Source: an uncultured Gammaproteobacteria bacterium
GTDB taxonomy: Bacteria; Pseudomonadota; Gammaproteobacteria; UBA9214
NCBI GenBank assembly: GCA_963748215.1
Contig: CAVVHS010000006.1
Coordinates: 960,001 to 1,024,000, forward strand
Direction: 5' to 3'
Length of the DNA stretch: 64,000 nucleotides
Below are positions 1 through 9,664 of the stretch, in pieces (positions within the stretch are counted from its first letter, which is position 1; each line of letters starts with the position of its first letter). The notes under the pieces are model-generated. The model had not been told where the DNA came from. It did no database searches and saw only the letters and a list, made by a program, of their open reading frames with translations. A program made the position numbers and the translations under genes.

Positions 1-8
1 GTTCCGGA

Positions 9-890
9 TCAGGCGGTAGCCGGCTCGTCGGCGGCCGCTTCGGCTGGTGATTCCTCGGGTTGTTCGACACGCGTGGCGGCCTTGACGTAAATCGGTGCAA
101 ACGGCTCCGCCTGCGCCAGCTCGATGAGCGATTCCTTGACCAGTTCCAGGACTGCCAGGAACGACACCACCACACCCATGCGCCCTTCCTCGATGGTGAA
201 CAGGTCGGTAAAGCTGGTGAAGCGATTGGCACTGACCATGCTCAGCACATTCGACATGCGCTCGCGCACCGACAGCGCCTCCATCTGCACGTGGTGGTGG
301 TTATACAACGAGGCGCGTTGCATGACCTCCCGGAAGGCCGCGATCAGGTCATTCAGATCCACCTCCGGCGGCAACCTGACCACCTTCTGTTCGGGCGCTT
401 CGGCCTCGGCCTGGAACACGTCGCGGCCCAGCCGCGGCAGTGCATCGATATCCTCCGCCGCCTGCTTGTAGCGTTCGTATTCCTGCAGGCGCCGGATCAG
501 CTCGGCGCGCGGATCTTCCTCGTCCTCCTCCACGCCGGCCGGGCGCGGCAGCAGCATGCGCGACTTGATCTCGGCGAGCATGGCGGACATGACCAGGTAC
601 TCGCCGGCCAGCTCGAGCTGCATTTCCTGCATGAGTTCAATATATTCAACATATTGGCGCGTGATTTCGGCGACCGGGATATCGATGATATCGATGTTTT
701 CCTTGCGGATCAGGTACAGCAACAGGTCCAGCGGACCCTCGAAGGCCTCGAGGAACACCTGCAGCGCATCGGGCGGAATGTAGAGATCGTGCGGCAGGGA
801 GTCGAGACTTCGGCCCTTGACGATTGCGAGGGGCAGTTCTTCCTGGCGCTGGATATCGGGGGATACTTCTTGTCCTGGATGTTCGCTCAT
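9..890 (-). CDS. scpA: Segregation and condensation protein A
   Basis: FEGPLDLLLYLI N-terminal motif, 'EEDPRAELIRRLQEYERYK', C-terminal 'VVSFLAVLELVK'; lies downstream of trpS. Confidence 0.95.
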   Translation of the reverse strand: MSEHPGQEVSPDIQRQEELPLAIVKGRSLDSLPHDLYIPPDALQVFLEAFEGPLDLLLYLIRKENIDIIDIPVAEITRQYVEYIELMQEMQLELAGEYLVMSAMLAEIKSRMLLPRPAGVEEDEEDPRAELIRRLQEYERYKQAAEDIDALPRLGRDVFQAEAEAPEQKVVRLPPEVDLNDLIAAFREVMQRASLYNHHHVQMEALSVRERMSNVLSMVSANRFTSFTDLFTIEEGRMGVVVSFLAVLELVKESLIELAQAEPFAPIYVKAATRVEQPEESPAEAAADEPATA

Positions 891-994
891 TGACTACCCT
901 GTGTCGGGATTCGAGTGAACGACCGCAGCCGTTCGCGGAATACTACCCCATCCCCGCTTGAATGTCGCGTTTACCGGCGGCTTTTCCGCACCGT

Positions 995-2209
995 TCAGTA
1001 ATATTTGAGGCCCATCACCTCGCGCACTTCCGCGAGCGTCTGGCGTGCCACGTCGCGGGCGGCCTCCGAGCCGTCGTGGATGATGGACCGTACCCGCCCC
1101 GGGTCCTGCTCGAACTCGTGCGCGCGTTCCTGGATCGGCCTGAGTTCAGTCAGGATGCCGTCGATGACCGGCTGCTTGCAGTCCAGGCAGCCGATGCCGG
1201 CACTCGTGCAGCCGCTGCGCACCCAGTCCTTCACCTCGTCGTTCGAGTACACCTGATGCAGCTGCCACACCGGGCAGATGTCCGGGTTGCCCGGATCGGT
1301 GCGGCGAACGCGCGCCGGATCGGTGGGCATGGTGCGCAGCTTTTCCCGCACCGTCTCCGGGCTCTCGCGCAGGCTGATGGTGTTGTGGTACGACTTCGAC
1401 ATCTTCTGGCCGTCCAGTCCCGGCATCTTCGAGGCCGGCGTGAGCAGCGCGGACGGCTCGGTCAGGATCATGCGCCCGCCACCTTCCAGGTAACCGAGCA
1501 GGCGTTCGCGGTCGGCGAGCGCCAGGTTCTGCTGCTCGGCGAGCAGGGCTCGCGCCACCTCCACGGCCGAGTGGTCGCCCTGTTCCTGGTAGCGCTTCAG
1601 GAGCTGCCGGTACAGTTTCGCGTTTTTCTTGCCCATCTTCCTGATGGCGGCCTCGGCGGCATCCTCGTAACCCTCGCCACGCCCGAAGATGTGGTTGAAA
1701 CGCCGCGCCACTTCGCGCGTCAGCTCCACGTGCGCGACCTGGTCCTCGCCCACCGGCACCTTGTCGGCGCCGTAGATGAGGATGTCGGCGCTCTGCAGCA
1801 GCGGGTAACCGAGAAAACCGTAGGTGGCGAGATCGCGCTCGCGCAGCTTTTCCTGCTGGTCCTTGTAGCTCGGCACGCGTTCCAGCCAGCCGAGCGGCGT
1901 CACCATCGACAGCAACAGGTGCAGCTCGGCATGCTCCGGCACCTGCGACTGGATGAACAGCCGCGCCTGCCCGGGATTGACACCCGCGGCCAGCCAGTCG
2001 ATGACCATGTCCCAGACATGCTCGGCGATGACGTGCGAGTCCTCGTAGTGCGTGGTGAGCGCATGCCAGTCGGCCACGAAAAAGAAGCAGTCGAACTGCT
2101 GCTGCAGCCGCACCCAGTTTTTCAGCACGCCGTGATAGTGTCCCAGGTGCAGGCGACCGGTGGGACGCATGCCGGACAAAACCCGCCCGCCGGTATTCGG
2201 ACTGACCAA
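995..2209 (-). CDS. trpS: Tryptophan--tRNA ligase
   Basis: SGMRPTGRLHLGH (HIGH-like), YPLLQSADIL, VPVGEDQ, KMSKS; TTG start with GGGGAG upstream. Confidence 0.97.
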   Translation of the reverse strand: MVSPNTGGRVLSGMRPTGRLHLGHYHGVLKNWVRLQQQFDCFFFVADWHALTTHYEDSHVIAEHVWDMVIDWLAAGVNPGQARLFIQSQVPEHAELHLLLSMVTPLGWLERVPSYKDQQEKLRERDLATYGFLGYPLLQSADILIYGADKVPVGEDQVAHVELTREVARRFNHIFGRGEGYEDAAEAAIRKMGKKNAKLYRQLLKRYQEQGDHSAVEVARALLAEQQNLALADRERLLGYLEGGGRMILTEPSALLTPASKMPGLDGQKMSKSYHNTISLRESPETVREKLRTMPTDPARVRRTDPGNPDICPVWQLHQVYSNDEVKDWVRSGCTSAGIGCLDCKQPVIDGILTELRPIQERAHEFEQDPGRVRSIIHDGSEAARDVARQTLAEVREVMGLKYY

Positions 2210-2224
2210 GCCGTTCTCCCCTGT

Positions 2225-2908
2225 TTATGTTAAAGAATTCAGCACCAGCCGGAAATCGGCGCCGGGCATGCCCGACACCGGCAGCAGCGCGCTCCAGACC
2301 AGATTGATCAGCGGCCACAGGATCATCCCCAGGACGCCGGTCACCAGCAGACCGATCAGGATAAAGAAGCCATAGGGCTCGATGCGGCTGTAGTACCAGG
2401 CCCAGCGCCCCGGCAACAGTCCGGTCAGCACACGCCCGCCATCCAGCGGCGGTAACGGCAACAGGTTCAGCACCATCAGCACGGTGTTGATGAAAATGCC
2501 GGCCACGCCCATGAACACCAGCGCCATGCCCGTCTCGCCCAGCAGGTAGCCCGCGCGAATCAGCAGCGCCCAGCCGATGGCCATTACCAGGTTGATCCCA
2601 GGCCCTGCGGCAGCGACTATCGCCATGTCGCGCTTGGGATGATGCAGGTTGCGCCAGTCCACCGGCACCGGCTTCGCATAGCCGAAGATGAAGCCGGCCT
2701 GCAACAGCAGCAGCATCCCGGGTATCAGGATGGTCCCGACCGGGTCGACATGCTTGAACGGGTTCAGCGTCAGGCGCCCCAGCATGAGGGCGGTACGGTC
2801 GCCCAGCTTGCTCGCCATCCAGCCATGCGCCACTTCGTGCACGGTAATGGCCAGCAGCACCGGTACGATCCAGACGGCTATCTTTTGCACCAGGCTGATA
2901 TCGAGCAT
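2225..2908 (-). CDS. Site-2 protease family (M50) membrane metalloprotease
   Basis: HEVAH zinc motif and NLLPLPPLDG motif; start placed at MLDISLVQK. Confidence 0.92.
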   Translation of the reverse strand: MLDISLVQKIAVWIVPVLLAITVHEVAHGWMASKLGDRTALMLGRLTLNPFKHVDPVGTILIPGMLLLLQAGFIFGYAKPVPVDWRNLHHPKRDMAIVAAAGPGINLVMAIGWALLIRAGYLLGETGMALVFMGVAGIFINTVLMVLNLLPLPPLDGGRVLTGLLPGRWAWYYSRIEPYGFFILIGLLVTGVLGMILWPLINLVWSALLPVSGMPGADFRLVLNSLT

Positions 2909-2914
2909 CGGCGG

Positions 2915-2923
2915 ATTATACCA
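2915..2923 (-). promoter_or_regulatory. Extended -10 element (TGgTATAAT) 6 nt upstream of the site-2 protease ATG
   Basis: Minus strand reads tTGGTATAATccgccgATG with no Shine-Dalgarno. Confidence 0.55.
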
Positions 2924-3031
2924 AGGCGAACCGAAATAGCCCGCCATCATGGCCTGCGTCCCCGTCCGCTTCGAAGGGGGCGGCACAGGGTGAGGGTAAT
3001 ACATCAAGCCCGGTGACTGACGGCGATTGCA

Positions 3032-3655
3032 TTACTGCACCAGGGCCTCGACCGGGCCCAGGCCAACACGCACCACCTCGGGCACGCCGCTGACCATGTC
3101 GACCACCGTGGTCGGTTCCAGGCTGCAGTTGCCGCCGTCGATGACCAGGTCGAGTTCGCGCTCGAGCCGGTCGCGGATCTCGTGGGCATCGGTCTCCGGC
3201 ACCTCGCTTCCCGGCAGGATCAGCGTGGAACTCATCAACGGTTCGCCGAGCTCGGTCAGCAGCGCCTGGCAGATCGGGTGCTCGGGCACGCGAATGCCGA
3301 TGGTCTTGCGCTTCGGATTCTGCAGCCTGCGCGGCACTTCGCTGGTGGCGCGCAGGATGAAGGTATAGGGGCCCGGCGTCAGCGACCTCAGCAGGCGGTA
3401 GGCGCTGTTTTCCACCCGGGCAAACGTCGCAATCTCGGACAGGTCGCGACAGACCAGCGAAAAGTCATGCGAGTCATCCAGTCCGCGAATGCGGCGTATG
3501 CGTTCGATGCCGCGCTTGTCACCGATGCGGCAACCCAGCGCATAACTGGAATCGGTCGGGTACGCGATCACCCCGTCGTTGCGGATGATGTCCACGGCCT
3601 GCCGGATCAGCCGCAGCTGCGGGGTGACCGCGTGTATCTGGAAGAACTGGCTCAT
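3032..3655 (-). CDS. yciO: L-threonylcarbamoyladenylate synthase, Sua5/YciO/YrdC family
   Basis: MSQFFQIH start, YPTDSSYALGC, PGPYTFIL, KRKTIGIRVP. Confidence 0.93.
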   Translation of the reverse strand: MSQFFQIHAVTPQLRLIRQAVDIIRNDGVIAYPTDSSYALGCRIGDKRGIERIRRIRGLDDSHDFSLVCRDLSEIATFARVENSAYRLLRSLTPGPYTFILRATSEVPRRLQNPKRKTIGIRVPEHPICQALLTELGEPLMSSTLILPGSEVPETDAHEIRDRLERELDLVIDGGNCSLEPTTVVDMVSGVPEVVRVGLGPVEALVQ

Positions 3656-3665
3656 AAAAAAACTG

Positions 3666-3961
3666 TCTCGCGCAAAGACGCCAAGGCACAAAGAATGGAA
3701 AAGATTTTAGCAACGAAACGGGGCAATCCTGGCCACTGCCACACAGGCAAGCCGGTGAAAATCAGGTGCAAACCGTTACTTGCAAAGGCCTTATATTACC
3801 GCAACGACGGCATGCACAAGCAAGCAGTCAATACCGCATGAACATTCCGGTCACGGATTATAATCAAGCTGCGTCTCTGATGTTTCGACTGGATTCCCGC
3901 CTGCCTGGGAATGACATGATTTTGTTTGTGTTCTCTGCGAACTCCGCGTCTCTGCGCGAGA
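3666..3961. repeat. Intergenic insert bounded by imperfect ~30-bp inverted repeats (TCTCGCGCA(A/G)AGACGC family), with an internal ATTCCC-N8-GGGAAT palindrome at about 3889-3915
   Basis: 3666-3695 tctcgcgcaaagacgccaaggcacaaagaa versus the reverse complement of 3931-3961; a near-identical copy lies at 53766-53793. Confidence 0.7.
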
Positions 3962-4001
3962 AAGGTTTTCTTGGCGCCTATACGACCTGGCGCGAACCTG
4001 T

Positions 4002-4847
4002 TTATTGCAACCGCCACTGCTCGCTCTGCCATACCGGCTTGCAGCCCTCCGGCAGGTCCGGCAGTTCGCCGAGTCTTATCCAGCAGTTTTCAGGACCGTG
4101 ATAATCCGAACCGCACGAGGCCAGCAAGCGCTCGTTGCGGCACAGCGCCGCCATCGTGTCGATGTTATCGCGGGTGTGGCTGCCGGAAACGACCTCCATG
4201 CCGATTCCGCCCAGCTCCCGGAACTCGCCGATCAGTCGGCGCAACTTGCTGGCTGTCATGCCATAACGCGCCGGGTGCGCGATCACCGCGATGCCGCCGG
4301 CCGCCCGGATCCACGCCAGCGCGTCTTCCAATGACGCCCACTGCCCGGACACATAGCCCGGCTTGTTGTTGACCAGGAAGCGGCGGAATACGTCGCGCAC
4401 GCTGGCCGCATGTCCCTGCGCAACCAGGAAATGCGCAAAATGCGTGCGGCTGACGATCCGTCCCTGCGCCAGGGCGCGCGCGCCGGTCCACGCCCCGCCG
4501 ATACCGGCCCGCGCCAGCCGGCGCCCGATCTCCTCGGCGCGCAAATCGCGGGAATCGCGCAATTGCGCCAGCCCGGCCTGCAGCGCCGCGTTTTCGGTAT
4601 CGAGGCCGAGGCCGAGGACATGCACGGTCTGCGCCTGCCAGGTGACCGAGAGTTCCGCGCCCTGCACCAGCCGCAAGCCCAGCGCCTGCGCCGCATCGGC
4701 CGCCTCGCGGATGCCGTCGGTCGTGTCGTGGTCGGTCAGTGCCAGCACCCCGATGCCGGCCGCATGCGCGGCCTGCACCAGCGCGGCAGGCGTCAGGGTT
4801 CCGTCCGAGGCAAGGGAATGGCTGTGCAGGTCATAGCGTGCGGTCAT
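4002..4847 (-). CDS. PHP domain phosphoesterase (TrpH/YciV family)
   Basis: DLHSHSLASDG, ALTDHDT, IAHP, GSDYHG metal-binding motifs; adjacent to yciO. Confidence 0.93.
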   Translation of the reverse strand: MTARYDLHSHSLASDGTLTPAALVQAAHAAGIGVLALTDHDTTDGIREAADAAQALGLRLVQGAELSVTWQAQTVHVLGLGLDTENAALQAGLAQLRDSRDLRAEEIGRRLARAGIGGAWTGARALAQGRIVSRTHFAHFLVAQGHAASVRDVFRRFLVNNKPGYVSGQWASLEDALAWIRAAGGIAVIAHPARYGMTASKLRRLIGEFRELGGIGMEVVSGSHTRDNIDTMAALCRNERLLASCGSDYHGPENCWIRLGELPDLPEGCKPVWQSEQWRLQ

Positions 4848-4967
4848 CCGGCCATTCTACAGGAGCCTCCCGCCGATTGCGTTTATTTGGCACATAACGG
4901 GCAGGGTTTGGGTATCGCACGCATCCCGGCAAGGCTGGTACCATTGGCCGCACATCCGGTGATTCAC

Positions 4968-5687
4968 ATGCAGATACCTTCAGGACAACTCGACACCATA
5001 CAGGCACTGGCCGGCACGCTGCTCGAGGCGTGCGACATGGCGGACAACAGCGCGGACGAGCCGGATCTGCCTGGACTGGCGGAGGCCTTCGAACAACTGG
5101 CGGACGTCATGACCCGGGTCGAAGCCGATGCCGGCGGCACGACGACGGCCGCGGACGTCACCGAAATCGGCGAGTATGCCCTGCGCCTGTGCGAGGGTCT
5201 GGCGAGCTGCGCGGAACGCCTCAGTCCGGGTGAGCAGCGCGAAAACACGGCGTCACTGATCGTCAACATGGCGCTGTGGGTCGCCCGACACGATGGACAG
5301 ATCGACACCCTGGAACCGGTCGTCGATGCCCTGGCGCTGCTGGCGAATACCCTTCGCACGCCGCAGACGCTCGAAACGCTGAGCGCGGAGATCGGCCAGA
5401 TCGTGGCCGCGATAGCGCCGGTCATCACCCGCGACCTGGAAAAAATCAACCCGGGCCGACCCTGGCGCGTGCTGCTGCTCAACTACAGCATCGTCGCCAC
5501 GCGCAGTCACAATACCGCCATGATGGAACAGGCCTTTGCCGTCCTGACCCGCCACCTGCCGGAGGATGCCGGGCGTTTCTTCAGCGAGGGTATGCAGCAG
5601 ATGGATGCTCTGGATTATCCCGAGCCGGTGCGCAAGGTCATGGCGAAATATCACCGGCAATGGTCAATGGACCGGTCATTGCATTGA
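4968..5687 (+). CDS. Hypothetical helical protein
   Basis: Coding-like codon usage from MQIPSGQLD to the stop; fills the gap between PHP and ispZ. Confidence 0.8.
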   Translation: MQIPSGQLDTIQALAGTLLEACDMADNSADEPDLPGLAEAFEQLADVMTRVEADAGGTTTAADVTEIGEYALRLCEGLASCAERLSPGEQRENTASLIVNMALWVARHDGQIDTLEPVVDALALLANTLRTPQTLETLSAEIGQIVAAIAPVITRDLEKINPGRPWRVLLLNYSIVATRSHNTAMMEQAFAVLTRHLPEDAGRFFSEGMQQMDALDYPEPVRKVMAKYHRQWSMDRSLH

Positions 5688-5803
5688 CATGGCCTGCCCG
5701 GCAAACCGTTCCATACGGTTCAATCCGGCCGGCAAACAGTCTATGATTCGGCCCCTTGACGCCGGCTGCACCCGAACCCCCTGACAACAGCGAAGCACCC
5801 GAT

Positions 5804-6346
5804 ATGAAGTTTCTGTTCGACCTGTTCCCGATCATCCTGTTTTTCGGGGCGTACAAGCTGTACGACATCTATGTCGCCACCGCCGTCGCCATCGGGGCCG
5901 CCTTTGTGCAGACCGGGCTGTTCTGGATCAGGCACCGCCGCTTCGAAAAGATGCACCTGATCACCCTGGGTATCCTGGTCGTGTTCGGCGGGCTGACGCT
6001 GATACTCCGGGACCCGGTGTTCATCAAGTGGAAACCGACCGTCGTGAACTGGATGTTCGGCGCGGCCTTCCTCGGCAGCCGGCTGTTCAGCAAGACCACC
6101 CTTATCGAGCGCATGATGAGCCATGCCATCACGGTACCGACTGCCGTCTGGTCCCGGCTCAACTGGGCCTGGATCGTGTTTTTCCTCGGTATCGGCCTGC
6201 TCAATCTGTACGTCGCCTTCAACTACAGCGAGGCGACCTGGGTCAACTTCAAGCTGTTCGGCATGATGGGCCTGACGCTGGTGTTCGTGTTCGGCCAGGC
6301 CTTCTATCTCAGCCGCTACATGGAAACCGCGGAGGACGGCGAGTAA
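5804..6346 (+). CDS. ispZ: Inner membrane septation protein A (IspZ/YciB)
   Basis: [29 protein letters not shown] motifs. Confidence 0.95.
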   Translation: MKFLFDLFPIILFFGAYKLYDIYVATAVAIGAAFVQTGLFWIRHRRFEKMHLITLGILVVFGGLTLILRDPVFIKWKPTVVNWMFGAAFLGSRLFSKTTLIERMMSHAITVPTAVWSRLNWAWIVFFLGIGLLNLYVAFNYSEATWVNFKLFGMMGLTLVFVFGQAFYLSRYMETAEDGE

Positions 6347-6645
6347 TGCTCTATGCCGTCATCAGCCAGGACCGCGACGGCAGTCTCGATGCCCGGCTCC
6401 AGGCGCGCCCCGCCCACCTGGCGCGGCTCGAGGCACTGAAACAGGAAGGCCGGCTGGTGCTGGCCGGCCCGCATCCGGCCATCGACAGTGACGATCCCGG
6501 CGCGGCCGGCTTCACCGGCAGCCTCGTGGTCGCCGAATTCGATTCCCTGCAGGACGCGCGCGCATGGGCCGATACCGATCCCTACCTGGCCGCCGGCGTT
6601 TACGCCCAGGTCACCGTGAAACCCTTCCGCAAGGTACTGCCCTGA
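6346..6645 (+). CDS. yciI: YciI family protein
   Basis: [26 protein letters not shown] motifs; TAATG overlap with ispZ. Confidence 0.93.
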   Translation: MLYAVISQDRDGSLDARLQARPAHLARLEALKQEGRLVLAGPHPAIDSDDPGAAGFTGSLVVAEFDSLQDARAWADTDPYLAAGVYAQVTVKPFRKVLP

Positions 6646-6646
6646 C

Positions 6647-6934
6647 ATGTCCGAAACCCGAATCGAGGAACTGCGCACACGCCTGACACGGCACCTGCAG
6701 CCCGTCGCCCTCGAGATCATCGATGAAAGCGCGAAGCATGCCGGCCACGCCGGGGCCGCCAGCGGCGGCGGCCACTTCATTGTGCAGATCACCGCCGCCG
6801 CCTTCCGGGACAAGAGTCTGATCCAGCGCCACCGGCTGGTCTACGATGCCATCGGTGATATGATGCAGCGTGACATCCATGCCCTCAGCATCGACGCCAG
6901 AACCCCGGAAGAAAACCAGTCCACCCACCCATAA
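6647..6934 (+). CDS. bolA: BolA family protein
   Basis: DESAKHAGHAG, GGGHF, QRHRLVY, IHALSI. Confidence 0.93.
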   Translation: MSETRIEELRTRLTRHLQPVALEIIDESAKHAGHAGAASGGGHFIVQITAAAFRDKSLIQRHRLVYDAIGDMMQRDIHALSIDARTPEENQSTHP

Positions 6935-6946
6935 AAGGTATTACAG

Positions 6947-7789
6947 ATGAATTACCGTCCTTCGTTATTGTTCCTTGCATCCCTGTTGCTGGTAACCGGA
7001 TGTGACCAGATGCAGACCGCACTGCCGACCAACCAGGCCACCTCCGGCAGCAACGCGCCCGCCCTCAGCGGCGAAGTCGTCGCCACCGTCAATGGCAGCC
7101 CCATCACCGAGGAGGTCTTCGAGGTCTATAGCGGTCAGCGCGCCGCGAAGACCCAGAACTCGGAGGCCACCCGCGAGTCCATCCTGAACGAGCTGGTCGC
7201 ACTGGAACTCATGCGCCAGGAAGCCGCGACCAAGGGTCTGGCCTCGACACCGCTGGTGGCAGCGACGATTAACCAGCTGGAACGCAGCACCATGGCCGGC
7301 GCGGCGATCAAGAGCTTCATGGAGAGCAACCCGGTGACCGACGAGGACGCGAGGAAATTCTACGACGAGCAGATCGGCGTCCCCGGCAAGGAGTACAAGG
7401 CCCGCCACATCCTGCTCGAAAACGAGGACGAGGCGAAGAACGTCATCTCGATGCTGGATACCGGCAGTGATTTCTCCGAACTGGCGAAGGAAAAATCCAC
7501 CGGTCCGTCCGGCCCCTCCGGTGGCGAGCTGGGCTGGTTTGGTGCCGGCCAGATGGTCAAGCCATTCGCGGATGCCGCGGCCAGCATGGACAAGGGCAGC
7601 TACAGCAAGAGCCCGGTAAAGACCGAGTTCGGCTGGCATGTGATCATGCTCGACGACGTGCGCGACAGCACGCCGCCGCCCTTCGAGGATGTCAAGGATC
7701 GCCTGAAGATGCTGATCGCCAACCAGGGCCTGCAGAAGCACATCAACACGCTGCGGGAATCCGCCACCATCGAGCTGAAGGCGGAATAA
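6947..7789 (+). CDS. PpiC/parvulin-type peptidyl-prolyl isomerase, lipoprotein
   Basis: Lipobox LVTGC; ARHILL, FSELAKEKS, GGELGWF, FGWHVI. Confidence 0.92.
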   Translation: MNYRPSLLFLASLLLVTGCDQMQTALPTNQATSGSNAPALSGEVVATVNGSPITEEVFEVYSGQRAAKTQNSEATRESILNELVALELMRQEAATKGLASTPLVAATINQLERSTMAGAAIKSFMESNPVTDEDARKFYDEQIGVPGKEYKARHILLENEDEAKNVISMLDTGSDFSELAKEKSTGPSGPSGGELGWFGAGQMVKPFADAAASMDKGSYSKSPVKTEFGWHVIMLDDVRDSTPPPFEDVKDRLKMLIANQGLQKHINTLRESATIELKAE

Positions 7790-7823
7790 CACAGCCGCCG
7801 GCTGCGCCAGCGAGGGCAGAATG

Positions 7824-7858
7824 CGCCCGGCCGGTTTACCGGCCGGGCGTTTTTATTT
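7824..7858 (+). terminator. Rho-independent terminator
   Basis: cgcccggccgg-ttta-ccggccgggcg hairpin followed by tttttattt. Confidence 0.85.
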
Positions 7859-7904
7859 AAGCCGCGATCCGTGCGAGGCCTGCGCCCCTGCTGCGAACAG
7901 GCTC

Positions 7905-9365
7905 CTAGTGCTTCCTGACCGCCGCTGCCGGTGCGTCAGCCGCGGTACCGGCCTCCTTGCGACCCGGCACCCACAGGACCAGGTGCAGCTCGTCCGGCGG
8001 GCTGATGCTCACCCCGAGCGATACGGTACGCGCCGTGTTCATCCGTTCCCAGAGTACCTCGCTGTCCTGCAGCGGCGTACGCAACGGCAGCCGCAGGCGT
8101 GCAAACACCGCCTGCAACCGTTCCATCAACCCGCCTTGCGTACCGACACGGAACGAAAATCGCATATAGTCACCACCCTGCAGCCAGTTGTCGGTATCAG
8201 CCGCCAGGCGGCATTCGGTGACCTGCAGGTGCACATGTTCGCGTTGCGTCGCGGTTTCGCACACCCCGTTGAGGATGGCTGCCGCGAGCTGCAGGCATTC
8301 CCGCTCGGTGCAAACACCATCGTCCGGCACCGCGCGCACTGTCTTTGCGCTGGCCAGCGCCGCGACCAGATCTGACATGTCGTGCGCCAGCACACCGAGC
8401 GTCTCGGGCAGCGTCACCAGGGTATCGCACAGCAGGGCCAGGCTGCCGTCGAACTGGACCAGGCCGGTTTCCGCCGCCGCATCTTCTGCCTGGCCTTGCA
8501 GGGCGTCGTTACCGGCCTGCTCCGGCACCTCCGACAGTGTCCGTTTGCCGGGAAGTTGCAGTGGCGCGCGCACCTTTTCCAGGTATGTCTTCCAGAAGCG
8601 CGTCACGGTTTGCCGCGCGGGCGTCGCGCCGCTGTCGATGGCATCGAGGGCATCGGCAATAGCGACCACGGCCGCTGCCGCGTCGGAGTCCGGGTAGACC
8701 GAGCTGAATGCCTGGCGCGTGCGCTGCGCGGCGGCGACATTTTCATCCTCTGGCATCCCGCCAAGCAGCGGCATCTCCAGGCCGAGATGCTCCCTGACCT
8801 GGGCGTTGAGCCGGTCACGCGTATCAGCGGCCTGCTGCGCGTCGTGCAACCGGTTCACCAGCAAATGCAATGCACCGTCGAACCCGTTCAGCCGCAAAAT
8901 CCTGAGCAGGGCGAAGGCCTCGGCCTGCGAACGCGCATCCGGCGTAACCACCAGTACAACCACGGCAGCCGCGAGACAGCATCCCAGGATGGCCGCCGGC
9001 TCCATGCCGGAGCTGTCGATCAGCAGGTCGTCGTAGCCGTCATGCGTATCCATGTCGTGGATGCAGACCTTGAGCCGGTCCGCGTCGCTGTCCGCCCACT
9101 CCTCGAGGCGCAGCCGGCAGGTCAGAAAATCCACGCCCTGGTAACCCCGCCGCACGACATCGCCGGCCGGCAGGTCGGTGGTTCGCCGGTGCGGAGTCGT
9201 GCTGTGGTTCAGGTCGAGCTGGCTGTCCAGCGCACGCGAGGCCGGCATGTTCTGGTACACACCAGCCTGGTGACCGCGCCGGACCAGCTCCAGCGCGAGA
9301 TTGATCGACAGCTGGGTCTTCCCCGCGTCAGGTGAACCACTGGTAATCATGATTATTCTGGTCAT
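7905..9365 (-). CDS. MinD/FlhG(FleN)-like P-loop protein with degenerate Walker A and a long C-terminal extension
   Basis: IIMITSGSPDAGKT, LLIDSSG, VVTPD, LLVNR, MPEDENV match the FlhG/MinD fold. Confidence 0.8.
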   Translation of the reverse strand: MTRIIMITSGSPDAGKTQLSINLALELVRRGHQAGVYQNMPASRALDSQLDLNHSTTPHRRTTDLPAGDVVRRGYQGVDFLTCRLRLEEWADSDADRLKVCIHDMDTHDGYDDLLIDSSGMEPAAILGCCLAAAVVVLVVTPDARSQAEAFALLRILRLNGFDGALHLLVNRLHDAQQAADTRDRLNAQVREHLGLEMPLLGGMPEDENVAAAQRTRQAFSSVYPDSDAAAAVVAIADALDAIDSGATPARQTVTRFWKTYLEKVRAPLQLPGKRTLSEVPEQAGNDALQGQAEDAAAETGLVQFDGSLALLCDTLVTLPETLGVLAHDMSDLVAALASAKTVRAVPDDGVCTERECLQLAAAILNGVCETATQREHVHLQVTECRLAADTDNWLQGGDYMRFSFRVGTQGGLMERLQAVFARLRLPLRTPLQDSEVLWERMNTARTVSLGVSISPPDELHLVLWVPGRKEAGTAADAPAAAVRKH

Positions 9366-9446
9366 TGCCACACGCCGCGTCCGGCCGCGGTTGCTTGCCG
9401 GATATGCCGGGACACGCCGCATCCGGCGGCGTCTGCCCGCATGGTA

Positions 9447-9638
9447 TTACTGTGCCTGTTGATCGATCTGCTGGCGCTGCCGTGCGCTGATGTCACCGAT
9501 CATACCCTCGAGTTCCTTCGCCTGTTCGATCTTGTCCGTCTGCGCCTTCCAGGCAGATTCGCCCGGTTGCGCAGGCGGCTGATGATCACCACAGGCGACC
9601 AATGTAAGCAAAACAGCCATTACCGTATATTGCCTCAA
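9447..9638 (-). CDS. Small lipoprotein (63 aa)
   Basis: TTG start after AGGGAGGG; signal peptide with lipobox LVAC; coiled-coil-like tail. Confidence 0.7.
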   Translation of the reverse strand: MRQYTVMAVLLTLVACGDHQPPAQPGESAWKAQTDKIEQAKELEGMIGDISARQRQQIDQQAQ

Positions 9639-9664
9639 ATCAATTCCCTCCCTGTTCCAACCCG

